Shown here piece after piece: positions 20,146 to 30,594 of a stretch of DNA of 64,000 nt. Position 1 is the stretch's first letter, and the number at the start of each line of letters is the position of its first letter. Source of the DNA: an uncultured Methanosarcinales archaeon (GTDB taxonomy: Archaea > Nanobdellota > Nanobdellia > Woesearchaeales > BS150m-G63); assembly GCA_964630685.1 (NCBI GenBank), contig CAZVVW010000005.1, forward strand, positions 1-64,000. The letters are read 5' to 3'. The position numbers and the translations under genes were made by a program. The notes below the pieces were generated by a model, which was given only the letters and a program-made list of their open reading frames with translations, was not told the DNA's origin and searched no databases.

Positions 20146-20696
20146 TTTCTTTTTGTTTTGTGTTTTATTTTATTTTTATGTTTTTTTCTCTTTGTTAAAT
20201 AATAAATTATTAAAAGTAGGACTGAAGCAATGAATGCCCAACCCACTATTGAATGTGATTGATTGATTTGGGGATTTATAGGGTCTGAATCATCTATGGT
20301 ACATTCTGTTTCATTAGAACTTCCAGGCATTGCTGTTTCACAATAGTTTTTTAAACAATAGTTTATTCTTGCTTCTACTTTTTCTGCAATAGAATTACTA
20401 AAACCAGTATAAATCTGTTCGCCTATGATGCTTGTAGGGACCCCTTCAATATTTGCATCTAATGCGCTACAAGATTGTTGTAAAAGAAGACTATTTTCTG
20501 GATTAAAATATACTTCATATCTTATAATATTTAAAGTTGGGTATTTCTCTTGCATATCTTCTAAGAAAATTTCCATGCCTGCGCAATGAGGACACCCTTG
20601 CCCATAAAAGAAATAAAGATTTACTGGATTTTGGGCTATAACTGTGCTTAAACTGATTACTGCGATTAATAAAAATAATAATGTTTTTTTATTCAT
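20142..20696 (-). CDS. exported, membrane-anchored thioredoxin/glutaredoxin-fold protein
   Basis: Signal peptide, FYGQGCPHC, GVPT, C-terminal TM; overlaps the ccdA-like gene by 4 nt. Confidence 0.85.
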   Translation of the reverse strand: MNKKTLLFLLIAVISLSTVIAQNPVNLYFFYGQGCPHCAGMEIFLEDMQEKYPTLNIIRYEVYFNPENSLLLQQSCSALDANIEGVPTSIIGEQIYTGFSNSIAEKVEARINYCLKNYCETAMPGSSNETECTIDDSDPINPQINQSHSIVGWAFIASVLLLIIYYLTKRKKHKNKIKHKTKRK

Positions 20697-20939
20697 GTTA
20701 ATTCCTTTGTTAAAACAATAAAAAGAGAAGGATATTTAAATTTTGTTGTTTCTATTAAGTGTTATTTTAAAGTTTTATTTTCTATTTTGACGCGGTTATA
20801 TTATTATTAAATAAATTAAACTAGTTATAAGAAATAACTTAGCAATAATTGGATAAAAATTTAATTTTATGGGGGTGATTAAATTCTTTCTTTACTTCTG
20901 AAGGGTATTTAATAATTTTAAAAAAATATAAACAGAAAA

Positions 20940-21962
20940 TTATCTCCTAATCTTAGGATAAATATCTGGTTCCATGAATACTCTAAAAGTCTTTACTGCA
21001 TATCCTTTTTCTTTTACCATCATCTCTTCTGAAGTGAGTCTTGCTGCTCCGAGTGCGATTAATTCTCCTTTAAGTGTTACAACAGCAACTAAATCATGAG
21101 GATTAATCTCTGAATCCAATCTTGAGATTCCTGGCAAAGAAAGATTAGAACCATGACATAAAGAGTCAACTGCTGTATCTAATGCATATATTTTTGGAAG
21201 GTGTGCTATTGCAGCTTCTACTGGTTTTATGCAATATCTTATGAACTTTTCGTTGTTTGAAAAATTTGAAGAATTTTTAGAATTCTTGTTATTTTTTTCT
21301 TTTTTATAATAGTGTAATGCGTCTGCTAAATCTTGAAGCGTAACTATTGTGGATTCATCAAAAGGTCCTGCTTTTGTTCTTCTTAATTCAGCCATATGTG
21401 CTCCGCCAAGGTTTCTCCCAATATCATGAATGAGTTTTCTGATATAAGTTCCTGCTTGACAACCAACCCTAAATAAAACATCTTGGCCAGTTATTTCCAT
21501 AATTTCTATGTAATAAATATTTCTTTCTCTTAACTGTCTTTTTACAGCTGACTTAACTGGTGGAAGTTGTTCTATTTTTCCAATATAATTATTAAATTCG
21601 TTTCTTATATCTTTTTCTGAAACAGATTTATGAAAATGAGCGACTGCTATGTATTCCTTTCCTGCCGGAAGAAGTACTTGAACTATCTTGGTTGAGTCTT
21701 CTAGTGCTGTTGGGAGCACACCTGTTACATTTGGATCTAAGGTGCCTGAATGTCCTGCTTTTTTTGCTTTTAATATTCTTTTAATATAATCGGCTACTTG
21801 GTGAGATGTTGGACCTTGTGGTTTGTCTATATTGATTATCCCTGTTTTGAGTAATGTTTCTACTGAACGCTCTTCCGGAATTGCACCATATTCTGAGCTA
21901 GTTTGAGCTTGTTTTTTTGTCAAGACTTTTCTTTTTATTAATTCAAAGGGTAATTTATTCAT
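20940..21962 (-). CDS. cbf5: H/ACA pseudouridine synthase Cbf5
   Basis: IDKPQGPTSHQV, GHSGTLDP, CQAGTYIRKL, PUA domain; start moved to ATG 21962. Confidence 0.95.
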   Translation of the reverse strand: MNKLPFELIKRKVLTKKQAQTSSEYGAIPEERSVETLLKTGIINIDKPQGPTSHQVADYIKRILKAKKAGHSGTLDPNVTGVLPTALEDSTKIVQVLLPAGKEYIAVAHFHKSVSEKDIRNEFNNYIGKIEQLPPVKSAVKRQLRERNIYYIEIMEITGQDVLFRVGCQAGTYIRKLIHDIGRNLGGAHMAELRRTKAGPFDESTIVTLQDLADALHYYKKEKNNKNSKNSSNFSNNEKFIRYCIKPVEAAIAHLPKIYALDTAVDSLCHGSNLSLPGISRLDSEINPHDLVAVVTLKGELIALGAARLTSEEMMVKEKGYAVKTFRVFMEPDIYPKIRR

Positions 21963-22016
21963 AAAATTGCTTGTTGGTGTTTGGTTTAATAAATTTTTGT
22001 TTTTAGTTTGAATTGA

Positions 22017-22210
22017 TTTGAAGTTATAGGAGATGTAATTAACTGGTTTCAGGAGCAAGAAACTGAAATTAACTTTAGTAATACAGACGTAGATGGTGGA
22101 GAAGATTTTGTAGATATATGGGAATTAACTGGTGAAGGATATACCTTCGCATGTCTAAACAGTGAAGGACAATTATTCAGAAGCGACATTGCATGTAATG
22201 AACTAAATTA
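22017..22210 (+). pseudogene. 5'-truncated gene fragment
   Basis: Open frame without start: ..WELTGEGYTFACLNSEGQLFRSDIACNE; coding-like composition. Confidence 0.45.
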
Positions 22211-22263
22211 ATTTTAGTTCAATTTTTTTCTTTTATTTCTTTTATTTCTTTTATTTTTTTAAT

Positions 22264-23385
22264 TTAGAAAACAGATTTGATTCTTTTAAAAAAACCTTTG
22301 TGTTTACTCTCTTTTGCTAATTGTTTGAATATGTCTTTTTGTTTTTTAGTGAGTTTTTCTGGTGTTTCTACTATAACTTTGACTATCTGAGAACCTACAC
22401 CATAACCTTGTAAATGAGGGATTCCTTTTCCTTTCATTTTGAATTGTGTGTCTGTTTGTGTTCCTGCTGGCACTTTTAGTGTTGCTTTACTATTTAATAT
22501 TGGAACCTCTATTTCTGTGCCTAAAGCTGCTTCTGAGAAAGAGATTGGTGCTTCGAGGAATATGTCATCATCTTTTCTCTCAAACGTGCTGTGGGGCTTT
22601 ATATGAATGCTTATGTAAAGATCTCCTGGCACTCCATCTTCGCTAGCTTCACCTTCCCCACTTAATCTTAATTTAAATCCATTAGCGATTCCTTTAGGGA
22701 CATCTACTTCTATTTTTTTCTCAACTTCTACTCTTTTTTTACCTTGACATTTTGAGCAATTAGAAGTGATTACTTTACCTTCCCCCCTACATATATTACA
22801 AGGTGCGGTTGTGCTAAAAACACCAAATGGAGTTCTCTGTGTTCTTCTTTGATATCCTGCACCTTGACAATTATCGCAGGTTTTGATATCTGAAGCCGAT
22901 TTTGCGCCAGTACCATTGCATTGGTCACAAGTTTCAAATTTATTAATTATGATCTGTTTTTTTGCGCCAAAAGCTGCGTCTTCTAATTCTATCTCTAAAT
23001 TGTAAAGGAGGTCTGAGCCTTTACGTGGTGCTCTATGTCCATTACGGAAAAAACCTCCTCCGCCAAAAAAAGTGTCAAAGATATCATCAAAATCAAAACT
23101 ATCGTGCATAAATTCAGAGAAATCAAATCCTTCAAATCCTGATTTAAATCCTGCTCCACCCGCTCCTTCTGAGCCAAATTTATCATAATTAGCTTTTTTT
23201 TCATCATCTGCCAATACAGATGCTGCTTCATTTATCCCTTTAAATTTCTCTTCATACTCTTTTTTCTTATCATCTGGAGCTCTATCTGGATGAAATTTTA
23301 AAGCTAATTTTTTGTAAGCTTTCTTAATCTCTTGCTTGGTTGCGTTCTTGTTAACTCCAAGTGTTTCATAATAATCTTTGCTCAT
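22264..23385 (-). CDS. dnaJ: chaperone DnaJ
   Basis: J domain HPD, G/F region, four CxxCxGxG-type repeats. Confidence 0.97.
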   Translation of the reverse strand: MSKDYYETLGVNKNATKQEIKKAYKKLALKFHPDRAPDDKKKEYEEKFKGINEAASVLADDEKKANYDKFGSEGAGGAGFKSGFEGFDFSEFMHDSFDFDDIFDTFFGGGGFFRNGHRAPRKGSDLLYNLEIELEDAAFGAKKQIIINKFETCDQCNGTGAKSASDIKTCDNCQGAGYQRRTQRTPFGVFSTTAPCNICRGEGKVITSNCSKCQGKKRVEVEKKIEVDVPKGIANGFKLRLSGEGEASEDGVPGDLYISIHIKPHSTFERKDDDIFLEAPISFSEAALGTEIEVPILNSKATLKVPAGTQTDTQFKMKGKGIPHLQGYGVGSQIVKVIVETPEKLTKKQKDIFKQLAKESKHKGFFKRIKSVF

Positions 23386-23432
23386 GTGTATTACCTAAAA
23401 TTAAAATAAATAGAAAAATAAAATAAAAAGAA

Positions 23433-25364
23433 CTATTTGTTCTTTTTCTTATCTTTTTCTTTAAACTCTGCGTCAACTACTTTTTCGTCTTTACTTTTTG
23501 TTTCTGCTTTATCAGTCTTTCCTTTTTTGTCGTCTTTTGGTTTTTCTTTTGCTGCTTTAGCTGCTTGTTCTGCTGCAACTTTTTGATACATCTCTGTTGA
23601 TATTGCTTGAACTTTCTCGTTTACTTCTTCGAGTTTTTTCTTAATTTTTTCAATATCTTTTTTCTCTGGTTCAAGTAGTTTTTTCAGCTCATCAATCATC
23701 TTTTTGACTTCACCTAGTTTTTTGTCATCTGCTTTACCTTTCATATCTTTGAAAAGTTTTTCAGTTGTGTAAACTAAAGTATCTGCTTGATTAATAGTCT
23801 CGATTTCTTCTTTCTTCTTCTTATCTTCTTCTGAATGTTCTTCTGCAGATTTTTTCATATTCTCAATGTCATCATCACTTAAGTTTGAAGTTCCTGTAAC
23901 TGTTATCTGTTGTTGTTTTCCTGTACCAAGATCTTTTGCGCTAACATTCACAATTCCATTAGCGTCAATGTCAAAAGTAACCTCTATCTGAGGTATTCCT
24001 CTTGGTGCTGGAGGTATTCCAACTAAATCAAATCTTCCAAGTGCTTTATTATCTGTAGCCATAGCTCTTTCACCTTGCAATACATTAATTGTTACTGCTG
24101 GTTGATTATCTGCTGCTGTAGAGAACACTTGTGATTTCTTTGTTGGAATTGTTGTGTTCTTTTCAATTAAAGGGGTTCTTACTCCGCCAAGAGTTTCTAT
24201 ACCTAAGGTTAGTGGAGTTACATCTAACAATAAAATATCTTTAATGTCTCCTCCAAGTATTCCTGCCTGAATTGCTGCGCCAAGAGCTACAACTTCATCA
24301 GGATTAACAGATTTGTCTCCATCTTTTCCTGTAATATCTTTAACCATCTTCTGTACAGAAGGAATTCTTGTTGAACCACCCACTAAAATTACTTTATCAA
24401 TATCTTTTGAAGTTACTTTAGCATCTTTCATTGCTTGTTTTGTTGGACCTTCTAAATTATCGATTATTGTTGAGATTAATTCTTCAAATTTAGATTTCTT
24501 AAGTTCCATGTTCAAATGTTTTGGACCTGCATCTGTTGCAGTTACAAAAGGTAGATTGATTGTTGCTTTTTGTGCTGTACTCAATTCAATCTTTGCTTTT
24601 TCTGCTGCTTCTCTTAATCTTTGAAGAGCTGTTTTATCTTCTCTTAAATCAACTTTATTTTCTTTTTTGAATTCTTCTGCCATCCAATCAATCAATAGAT
24701 CATCAATATCATCCCCACCTAAATGGTTATTTCCAGAGGTAGATTTAACTTCAAAAACTCCGTCGCCCAATTCTAAAACTGACACGTCAAAAGTTCCACC
24801 GCCAAAATCAAACACCATTATAGTGTGGTCGTGATCTTTATCTAAACCATAAGCTAATGATGCTGCTGTTGGTTCGTTTACTATTCTTAATACTTTTAAT
24901 CCGGCAATTTCTCCAGCGTCTTTTGTTGCTTGTCTTTGAGAATCATTAAAATATGCTGGTACAGTAATTACTGCATCTGTAACTTTCCTTCCCAAGTAAG
25001 CTTCTGCATCTGTTTTCAATTTTTGTAAAACCATCGCACTTAACTCTTGAGGTGTGTAATCTTTATCTTCAACAGTTATCTTTTCTGAAGAACCCATTTT
25101 TCTCTTTATACTCCTAACAGTATGTTCTGGATTCAAAACTGCTTGGTTTCTTGCTAATTTCCCTATGATTATTTCTTTGTCTTTAATCAAAACTACACTA
25201 GGTGTAGTCCTATCTCCTTCTGCGTTAGGTATAATTGTTGGTTTTCCAGCCTCCATTACTGCTGCTGCTGAAAAGGTAGTACCAAGGTCTATACCTATGG
25301 CTTTGCTAACTCCACTCTCTTTTTTGGTGGTTTGTTTTTTTTCTTTTGTTTTTTCTTTTGTCAT
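23433..25364 (-). CDS. dnaK: chaperone DnaK (Hsp70)
   Basis: [34 protein letters not shown]. Confidence 0.98.
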   Translation of the reverse strand: MTKEKTKEKKQTTKKESGVSKAIGIDLGTTFSAAAVMEAGKPTIIPNAEGDRTTPSVVLIKDKEIIIGKLARNQAVLNPEHTVRSIKRKMGSSEKITVEDKDYTPQELSAMVLQKLKTDAEAYLGRKVTDAVITVPAYFNDSQRQATKDAGEIAGLKVLRIVNEPTAASLAYGLDKDHDHTIMVFDFGGGTFDVSVLELGDGVFEVKSTSGNNHLGGDDIDDLLIDWMAEEFKKENKVDLREDKTALQRLREAAEKAKIELSTAQKATINLPFVTATDAGPKHLNMELKKSKFEELISTIIDNLEGPTKQAMKDAKVTSKDIDKVILVGGSTRIPSVQKMVKDITGKDGDKSVNPDEVVALGAAIQAGILGGDIKDILLLDVTPLTLGIETLGGVRTPLIEKNTTIPTKKSQVFSTAADNQPAVTINVLQGERAMATDNKALGRFDLVGIPPAPRGIPQIEVTFDIDANGIVNVSAKDLGTGKQQQITVTGTSNLSDDDIENMKKSAEEHSEEDKKKKEEIETINQADTLVYTTEKLFKDMKGKADDKKLGEVKKMIDELKKLLEPEKKDIEKIKKKLEEVNEKVQAISTEMYQKVAAEQAAKAAKEKPKDDKKGKTDKAETKSKDEKVVDAEFKEKDKKKNK

Positions 25365-25389
25365 TTTATTTATTCCTCCTATGAATCTA

Positions 25390-25926
25390 TTATCTCAATA
25401 TTTCATAATTGATTATTTTTCTTAATTTGATTTTATTTGGAACTAATTCAAGTAGTGCTCCACCTGGGATAGTTTTATTGTGTTTGAGGTATTCTGCATA
25501 TTGCCTAATTGATTCTGGATCATCTGGATTTACAAAATGATTCAAAATGAACCAAGTATGCATTTGTTCTCCGTGTGCGTGACCACTTGCAATTTTGCAT
25601 TGAAGTGGTTTTGCTTTGTGTACTTTACAAATATTTTTTTCATCATCAAAGAAGACACATTTGCCATAAGGTTTTCCTTGTTCTTTGAGTATTTTTGGTC
25701 TTAAGAGTTTAGTGTTGAATAACTCTATCTCTTCGAGATATTTGTCTTTGAGTTCCTTTTCATTGAGTTTTAAAAATTTGGCTAGCTTTTTTTCTTCTCC
25801 TTTTTTGAATGCTCCTGCACCATACTTACATCCATGATTACATTTATCACATTTACATTCTCCTGCTAATTTTATTGCAACTTTTTCTGGTGTCAAACTT
25901 GAAATAAATAAAGAATTAAAATACAT
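25390..25926 (-). CDS. YkgJ-like cysteine-cluster (Zn/Fe-chelating) protein
   Basis: [26 protein letters not shown]. Confidence 0.75.
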   Translation of the reverse strand: MYFNSLFISSLTPEKVAIKLAGECKCDKCNHGCKYGAGAFKKGEEKKLAKFLKLNEKELKDKYLEEIELFNTKLLRPKILKEQGKPYGKCVFFDDEKNICKVHKAKPLQCKIASGHAHGEQMHTWFILNHFVNPDDPESIRQYAEYLKHNKTIPGGALLELVPNKIKLRKIINYEILR

Positions 25927-25931
25927 TTTTA

Positions 25932-26414
25932 TCACCCTTTCTTGGCCACTTTTACTTTTGTTGGCCTGATAACTTTGTCATTAAGCGTATATCCTTTTTG
26001 GAACTCTTCAATTATTGTTCCTGGTTTTTCTTTTGAGATTTCTTGCATCAATGCTTCGTGTTCTTCAGGGTTAAATTGTGTTTTTAATGCTTGAATTGAT
26101 TTTAATCCTGCTTTTCCTAAGATATCTCTTAAATTTGCGTAGACTAAATCAATGCCTTTAATGAATTCTTCTTTATTGGAGGTGTGTTTTAATGCTAATT
26201 CAAAATTATCTAACACGGGAAGAATATTTGAAATCAAATCTTTATTAACATATTTAATAAATTCTGCTTTTTCTATCTCTGTTCTTTTTTTATAATTCTC
26301 AAAATCTGCTTGAATGTGTTGTAATGTTAGTGTCAATTCTTTTATTTTATGTAAAGATTCATCTTTTTCTTTATATGTTTCCTTTTTTGGCGATTTTGAT
26401 TTTTTTGCTGTCAT
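25932..26414 (-). CDS. grpE: nucleotide exchange factor GrpE
   Basis: QADFENYKKR, LPVLDNFELA, FNPEEHEA, QKGYTLNDKVIRP. Confidence 0.96.
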   Translation of the reverse strand: MTAKKSKSPKKETYKEKDESLHKIKELTLTLQHIQADFENYKKRTEIEKAEFIKYVNKDLISNILPVLDNFELALKHTSNKEEFIKGIDLVYANLRDILGKAGLKSIQALKTQFNPEEHEALMQEISKEKPGTIIEEFQKGYTLNDKVIRPTKVKVAKKG

Positions 26415-26522
26415 TTTAGTGGTTTTCGTTGATTTTAAATCAACATAGTTTAATTAAAAGCAACAACTAATATATAAATGTTTCGGGGAAGATTTAAATA
26501 TCTTAAAAAAATAATTAAAATT

Positions 26523-26924
26523 ATGGCATCTAGCTATCAAAGAATCACTATAATCAAAATAAGAAAACCATTGAAAAAAGATATTAATGATGAACTTCAA
26601 TGGTTGGGAGCATCTCTTGGCTTGTTTAATTTACGTGATAAGGATAAAAGTTGTTTTAGGATTTTTGTAGAATTATTAAAAATTTCTAAGAAAGGGAATA
26701 GTGTTTCTAGTGATGAACTTGCTTTTAGGGCTGGTTTAAGTCGCGGAACTGTGATTCATCATATCAATAAATTAATTGATGCAGGACTTGTGGTTACTGA
26801 TGATAGAAAATACATTCTTAGAGAAAATAAATTAGCCCCTTTAATAGATGAGCTAGAAAATGATATGAAAAGAACTTATAACGCCCTTAAAGAGATAGCG
26901 AAAGATATTGATGAAAAGATTTGA
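26523..26924 (+). CDS. winged-helix transcriptional regulator
   Basis: SSDELAFRAGLSRGTVIHHINKLIDAGLV; divergent from grpE. Confidence 0.85.
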   Translation: MASSYQRITIIKIRKPLKKDINDELQWLGASLGLFNLRDKDKSCFRIFVELLKISKKGNSVSSDELAFRAGLSRGTVIHHINKLIDAGLVVTDDRKYILRENKLAPLIDELENDMKRTYNALKEIAKDIDEKI

Positions 26925-27032
26925 TGGGTAGGGTTGAATAATTTTCAGATTATACAAAATATTGACGGATTTTTCTCAAAAAGACTTATAAATCTCAAAA
27001 TAGAATTATTATTTTAGTGTTGTGGAGGTAAA

Positions 27033-27473
27033 ATGATATCAAATAAAGAATTACTAATATTAAATCATTTGAGGGGTGACTCTAGAAAATCTTTAGCTGA
27101 AATAAGCAGAAATACTGGGATCCCTATAAGTACTGTTTTTGATAAATTGGTATGGTTAGAAAAAAAAGTGATTAATAGGTATGTCTCTTTGTTGGATTTT
27201 CAAAAAATTGGTTATGGAATCAAAGTTAATATGTTGTTTAAAATTAATAAAGACTTCACTGAATTTAAAAAATTTTTAATGAATCACAAAAAAATAAATT
27301 CCATTTTTAGATTAAGTGGAAATTATGATTTCTTAGCTGAATGTGTGTTTAAAGATATGAAAGAATTTAGTTGTTTTTCTGAAAAATTGGATAAATTTGA
27401 TCTAATTGATAAACAAGAATACCACTTAATTGAAGAGATAAAGGTTGAAGGATTTAATCCTAAATCAATGTAA
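27033..27473 (+). CDS. Lrp/AsnC family transcriptional regulator
   Basis: LRGDSRKSLAEIS..GIPISTVFD, LSGNYDFL. Confidence 0.9.
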   Translation: MISNKELLILNHLRGDSRKSLAEISRNTGIPISTVFDKLVWLEKKVINRYVSLLDFQKIGYGIKVNMLFKINKDFTEFKKFLMNHKKINSIFRLSGNYDFLAECVFKDMKEFSCFSEKLDKFDLIDKQEYHLIEEIKVEGFNPKSM

Positions 27474-27491
27474 CACTCAAAAATTTTATAA

Positions 27492-28397
27492 TCACTCTTT
27501 TTTAGATGTGCCAAACCAGTTCTTAATATTTTTTTTTATTTTTTCTTTTAATTTTAAAAATATACGTTTGACATTTCCTTTTATTACGTGTTGATATTTA
27601 ACTTTAAGTGCTGGTTTTAGGTGACGAACATAATTATGATAAACTCCTGGAGAGTAAGATGCTAATCTAGATGCACTTTTTGGTTCTTTTCCCACTACAA
27701 AATTTTTTTTATTTCTTATATTTTCAAAAAAAGATTTAATGTCTTTAGCTCTAGAATATGTAACTATTTTTCCTACTTCAAATAATGCGTGTGCATCTGA
27801 ACCTCCAGTTATTGATTTATTGAGTTGCCAAGCCCACTCTATAGATTTCTTATTCATCCCCCTTAAATTTGAACCACATAATACTTCAAAAGTGGGTAAT
27901 TCTCTTAGAATAGATTCACTCAGGTGTTTCTTTTTTATACAATTAAATAAACCCACCCTAGATGGTGCAAAAGGGTGTGCTACTGAAAGAACACAATCAT
28001 ATTTTTTCGAATGTTCAATAATCTCTTTTGTTTTGACTTTTGTGGTAAAATTTGGGTGTTCTAATTTTTTATCTTTTATGTATTTAATATAAAAATATTC
28101 TAAATCTCTTGGGTGTGTGAAATAAAACAAAAGATGTATGCCTTCAAATGTTGTTAGTTCTATCCCAGGAATTATCTTAACTCCAAAAGTATTTGTGTAT
28201 GCTTTTAATGCGCCGATTATTTCATTATGGTCTGTAATTGCTAAACCAATTCCTAATTTTTTTGCTTTTTTGAGGATTGTAGGAACTCCGTTTGCACCAT
28301 CAGAATATTTAGTATGTACATGCATATCAAACATAGAGAATCCTTGTTTGTTTAATTTCTCGTAATCAGGTTTTCCGAATGAAACGTTTTTGAGCAT
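27492..28397 (-). CDS. PHP-domain metal-dependent phosphoesterase
   Basis: DMHVHTKYSDG, AITDHN, GIE, AHPF, GGSDAH. Confidence 0.9.
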   Translation of the reverse strand: MLKNVSFGKPDYEKLNKQGFSMFDMHVHTKYSDGANGVPTILKKAKKLGIGLAITDHNEIIGALKAYTNTFGVKIIPGIELTTFEGIHLLFYFTHPRDLEYFYIKYIKDKKLEHPNFTTKVKTKEIIEHSKKYDCVLSVAHPFAPSRVGLFNCIKKKHLSESILRELPTFEVLCGSNLRGMNKKSIEWAWQLNKSITGGSDAHALFEVGKIVTYSRAKDIKSFFENIRNKKNFVVGKEPKSASRLASYSPGVYHNYVRHLKPALKVKYQHVIKGNVKRIFLKLKEKIKKNIKNWFGTSKKE

Positions 28398-28442
28398 AGT
28401 GCTTTTAGATTTTTGTAGATTTATAAAGATTACGAATTACCA

Positions 28443-29039
28443 TTATACTAAATATGCCAATGTTGAAGGGCTTCTTCTTCCAATAATTGGTCCATCTTTA
28501 ACTATGAATCCTGTGTTTTTTAAGTTGTCCCTTGTTATTCTTGCACAACTATAAGTTGCTAAAATTGCTTTAGGTTTCATTAATTTTTTAATATCTCTAA
28601 AAAAAGATTCTGTCCAAAGTTCTGGATTTTTTGGTGGTGAGAATGGATCGAGAAAGATGGCATCAAACTTTTCTGTGATTGTTTTAATTGTATTTACTGC
28701 ATCTCCAATAATTATTTTCAATCTTTCGTGAGGTTTTCCAGAAGCAACTGATTGAATTATCTTGTAAGATTTTAAGGGTATTGATAATTTTTGGGTTGCT
28801 TTTAATGCTTTTGGATCTTTTTCAAGAGAAATCACCTCTGCACCAACTTCTAAAGCCGCTGCCGCATTGTACCCCAGACCAAATCCAATATCAAGAACTT
28901 TTGAGTTTTTGGTTATCTTGCAAGGTTTTATGTATTTTAATTCTGATTCTTCTAATGCTCCACTTTTAGAATGATAACATTCATCATATTCTGGATTTCT
29001 TAAAGTTACTGAACCATCATCTGTTATTACTCTTTTCAT
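28443..29039 (-). CDS. MnmC/MnmD-like tRNA U34 methyltransferase
   Basis: TDDGSVTL..YHSKSGA, LDIGFGLGYN, LDPFSPPKNPELW, ATYSCA. Confidence 0.85.
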   Translation of the reverse strand: MKRVITDDGSVTLRNPEYDECYHSKSGALEESELKYIKPCKITKNSKVLDIGFGLGYNAAAALEVGAEVISLEKDPKALKATQKLSIPLKSYKIIQSVASGKPHERLKIIIGDAVNTIKTITEKFDAIFLDPFSPPKNPELWTESFFRDIKKLMKPKAILATYSCARITRDNLKNTGFIVKDGPIIGRRSPSTLAYLV

Positions 29040-29049
29040 AATCTTGTTT

Positions 29050-30477
29050 TTATAATCTAATTATTTCAGAACGTTTTGGACCTACAGAAATTTCTTTAAT
29101 GTTTATGTTTTTTCCTCCTGGAGATTCCCTCATTAACTGTCGGATTCTAGTTACATAGACTTTTGCATTATTAGGTAACTCTTGGAAAGTTCTTGCGCCA
29201 GAGATGTCTTCTGTCCATCCACTCATTTCTTCATAAATTGGTTCTGCTTTGCTTAATGATTCTAAATCTAAAGGGAATGTTTTATGGACTGTTCCATCTA
29301 CTTTGTAGGCTGTGCATATTTTTAATGGAGAAATTCCTGTTAATACATCTAATTTAGTGATTGCTACGCTTGTAAGGCCGTTCAGGTATGCTGCAGTTCT
29401 TGTCATAACTGCATCAAAATATCCACATCTTCTTTCTCTTCCTGTGCTGGCTCCAACCTCATTTCCTTGTTTTCTTACTTGATCTATGAGTTGATCTTTA
29501 AATTCTGTAGGAAAAGGACCTTCTCCAACTCTTGTGGTGTATGCTTTAACTATCCCTACAACCTCATCTATTTTTGTAGGTCCAACCCCTAATCCTACAC
29601 AAGCTCCCCCTGCAATTGGATTTGAACTAGTAACAAATGGATATGTTCCATAATTTAAATCGAGAAAGGTGCCTTGTGCACCTTCAAATAGCACATTTTT
29701 TCCTTCTGCTATTGCATTATTGATTATTATTGAAGTATCTGCTATATGGGGTTTTAATTTATTCCCTATCCTTAACAAATCTTCTAGCATTTGTTTGCTT
29801 TTAATTCCATGATCATTCCCATATTTTGTATAATCTAAAAGAGTTTTATCTAAACCTTTTTCTATTAAATCTTGGTTGGATCTAACTTCTTCTCGAGTTA
29901 GGTGTCTTAAAATATCATTAATATCAAAAGAATTCAGACATAGATTGAAAATATACCTATTGGTTTCATCTATTTTAGATTTTAAATTTTCTTCAAATGA
30001 ATTTTCGTTGAGTAAATCCATCACCCTCAAACCTGTTCTTTCTGTTTTATCAGTATAAGATGGGCCTATCCCTCTTGCTGTTGTTCCTATGGCATTCCCT
30101 CCTCTTTTCTTTATCCTTTCTTGAGCAACATCTTTTATTCTGTGGTATGGCAAAATAAGGTGTGTTCTTCCATCAATGAATAGTCTGTCTTCTAGATCTA
30201 TATTTTTGTTATCTAGATATTTGAATTCGTTCATCAATGCTTTTGGATCTAAAACAACTCCTGGACCAATTATAGATTTCTTGTGTTTTTCTTTATGAAT
30301 TATCCCAGAAGGAACTAAATGAAGAACAAAAGTTTCTTCTCCAACTACGACTGTATGGCCTGCGTTTGCGCCACCTTGGTATCTTGCAACAATATCTGAT
30401 TCTGCTGTATAAACATCAACTAATTTTCCTTTTCCTTCATCGCCCCATTGGCAACCCACAACTACTTTGACAGTCAT
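29050..30477 (-). CDS. purA: adenylosuccinate synthetase
   Basis: QWGDEGKGK, GGANAGHT, GIGPSY, EGAQG, GTYPFVTSS, TKLDVL. Confidence 0.96.
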   Translation of the reverse strand: MTVKVVVGCQWGDEGKGKLVDVYTAESDIVARYQGGANAGHTVVVGEETFVLHLVPSGIIHKEKHKKSIIGPGVVLDPKALMNEFKYLDNKNIDLEDRLFIDGRTHLILPYHRIKDVAQERIKKRGGNAIGTTARGIGPSYTDKTERTGLRVMDLLNENSFEENLKSKIDETNRYIFNLCLNSFDINDILRHLTREEVRSNQDLIEKGLDKTLLDYTKYGNDHGIKSKQMLEDLLRIGNKLKPHIADTSIIINNAIAEGKNVLFEGAQGTFLDLNYGTYPFVTSSNPIAGGACVGLGVGPTKIDEVVGIVKAYTTRVGEGPFPTEFKDQLIDQVRKQGNEVGASTGRERRCGYFDAVMTRTAAYLNGLTSVAITKLDVLTGISPLKICTAYKVDGTVHKTFPLDLESLSKAEPIYEEMSGWTEDISGARTFQELPNNAKVYVTRIRQLMRESPGGKNINIKEISVGPKRSEIIRL

Positions 30478-30594
30478 AAAACCACCCCACTTAGTATTAA
30501 TTTCATAAGTATTTAGTTTATATATTTAATTATGTATATGTTGAAGAATAACAAAAAATAAAAAGCTTTGCTTTTTTATATTATTTATTAGGGG

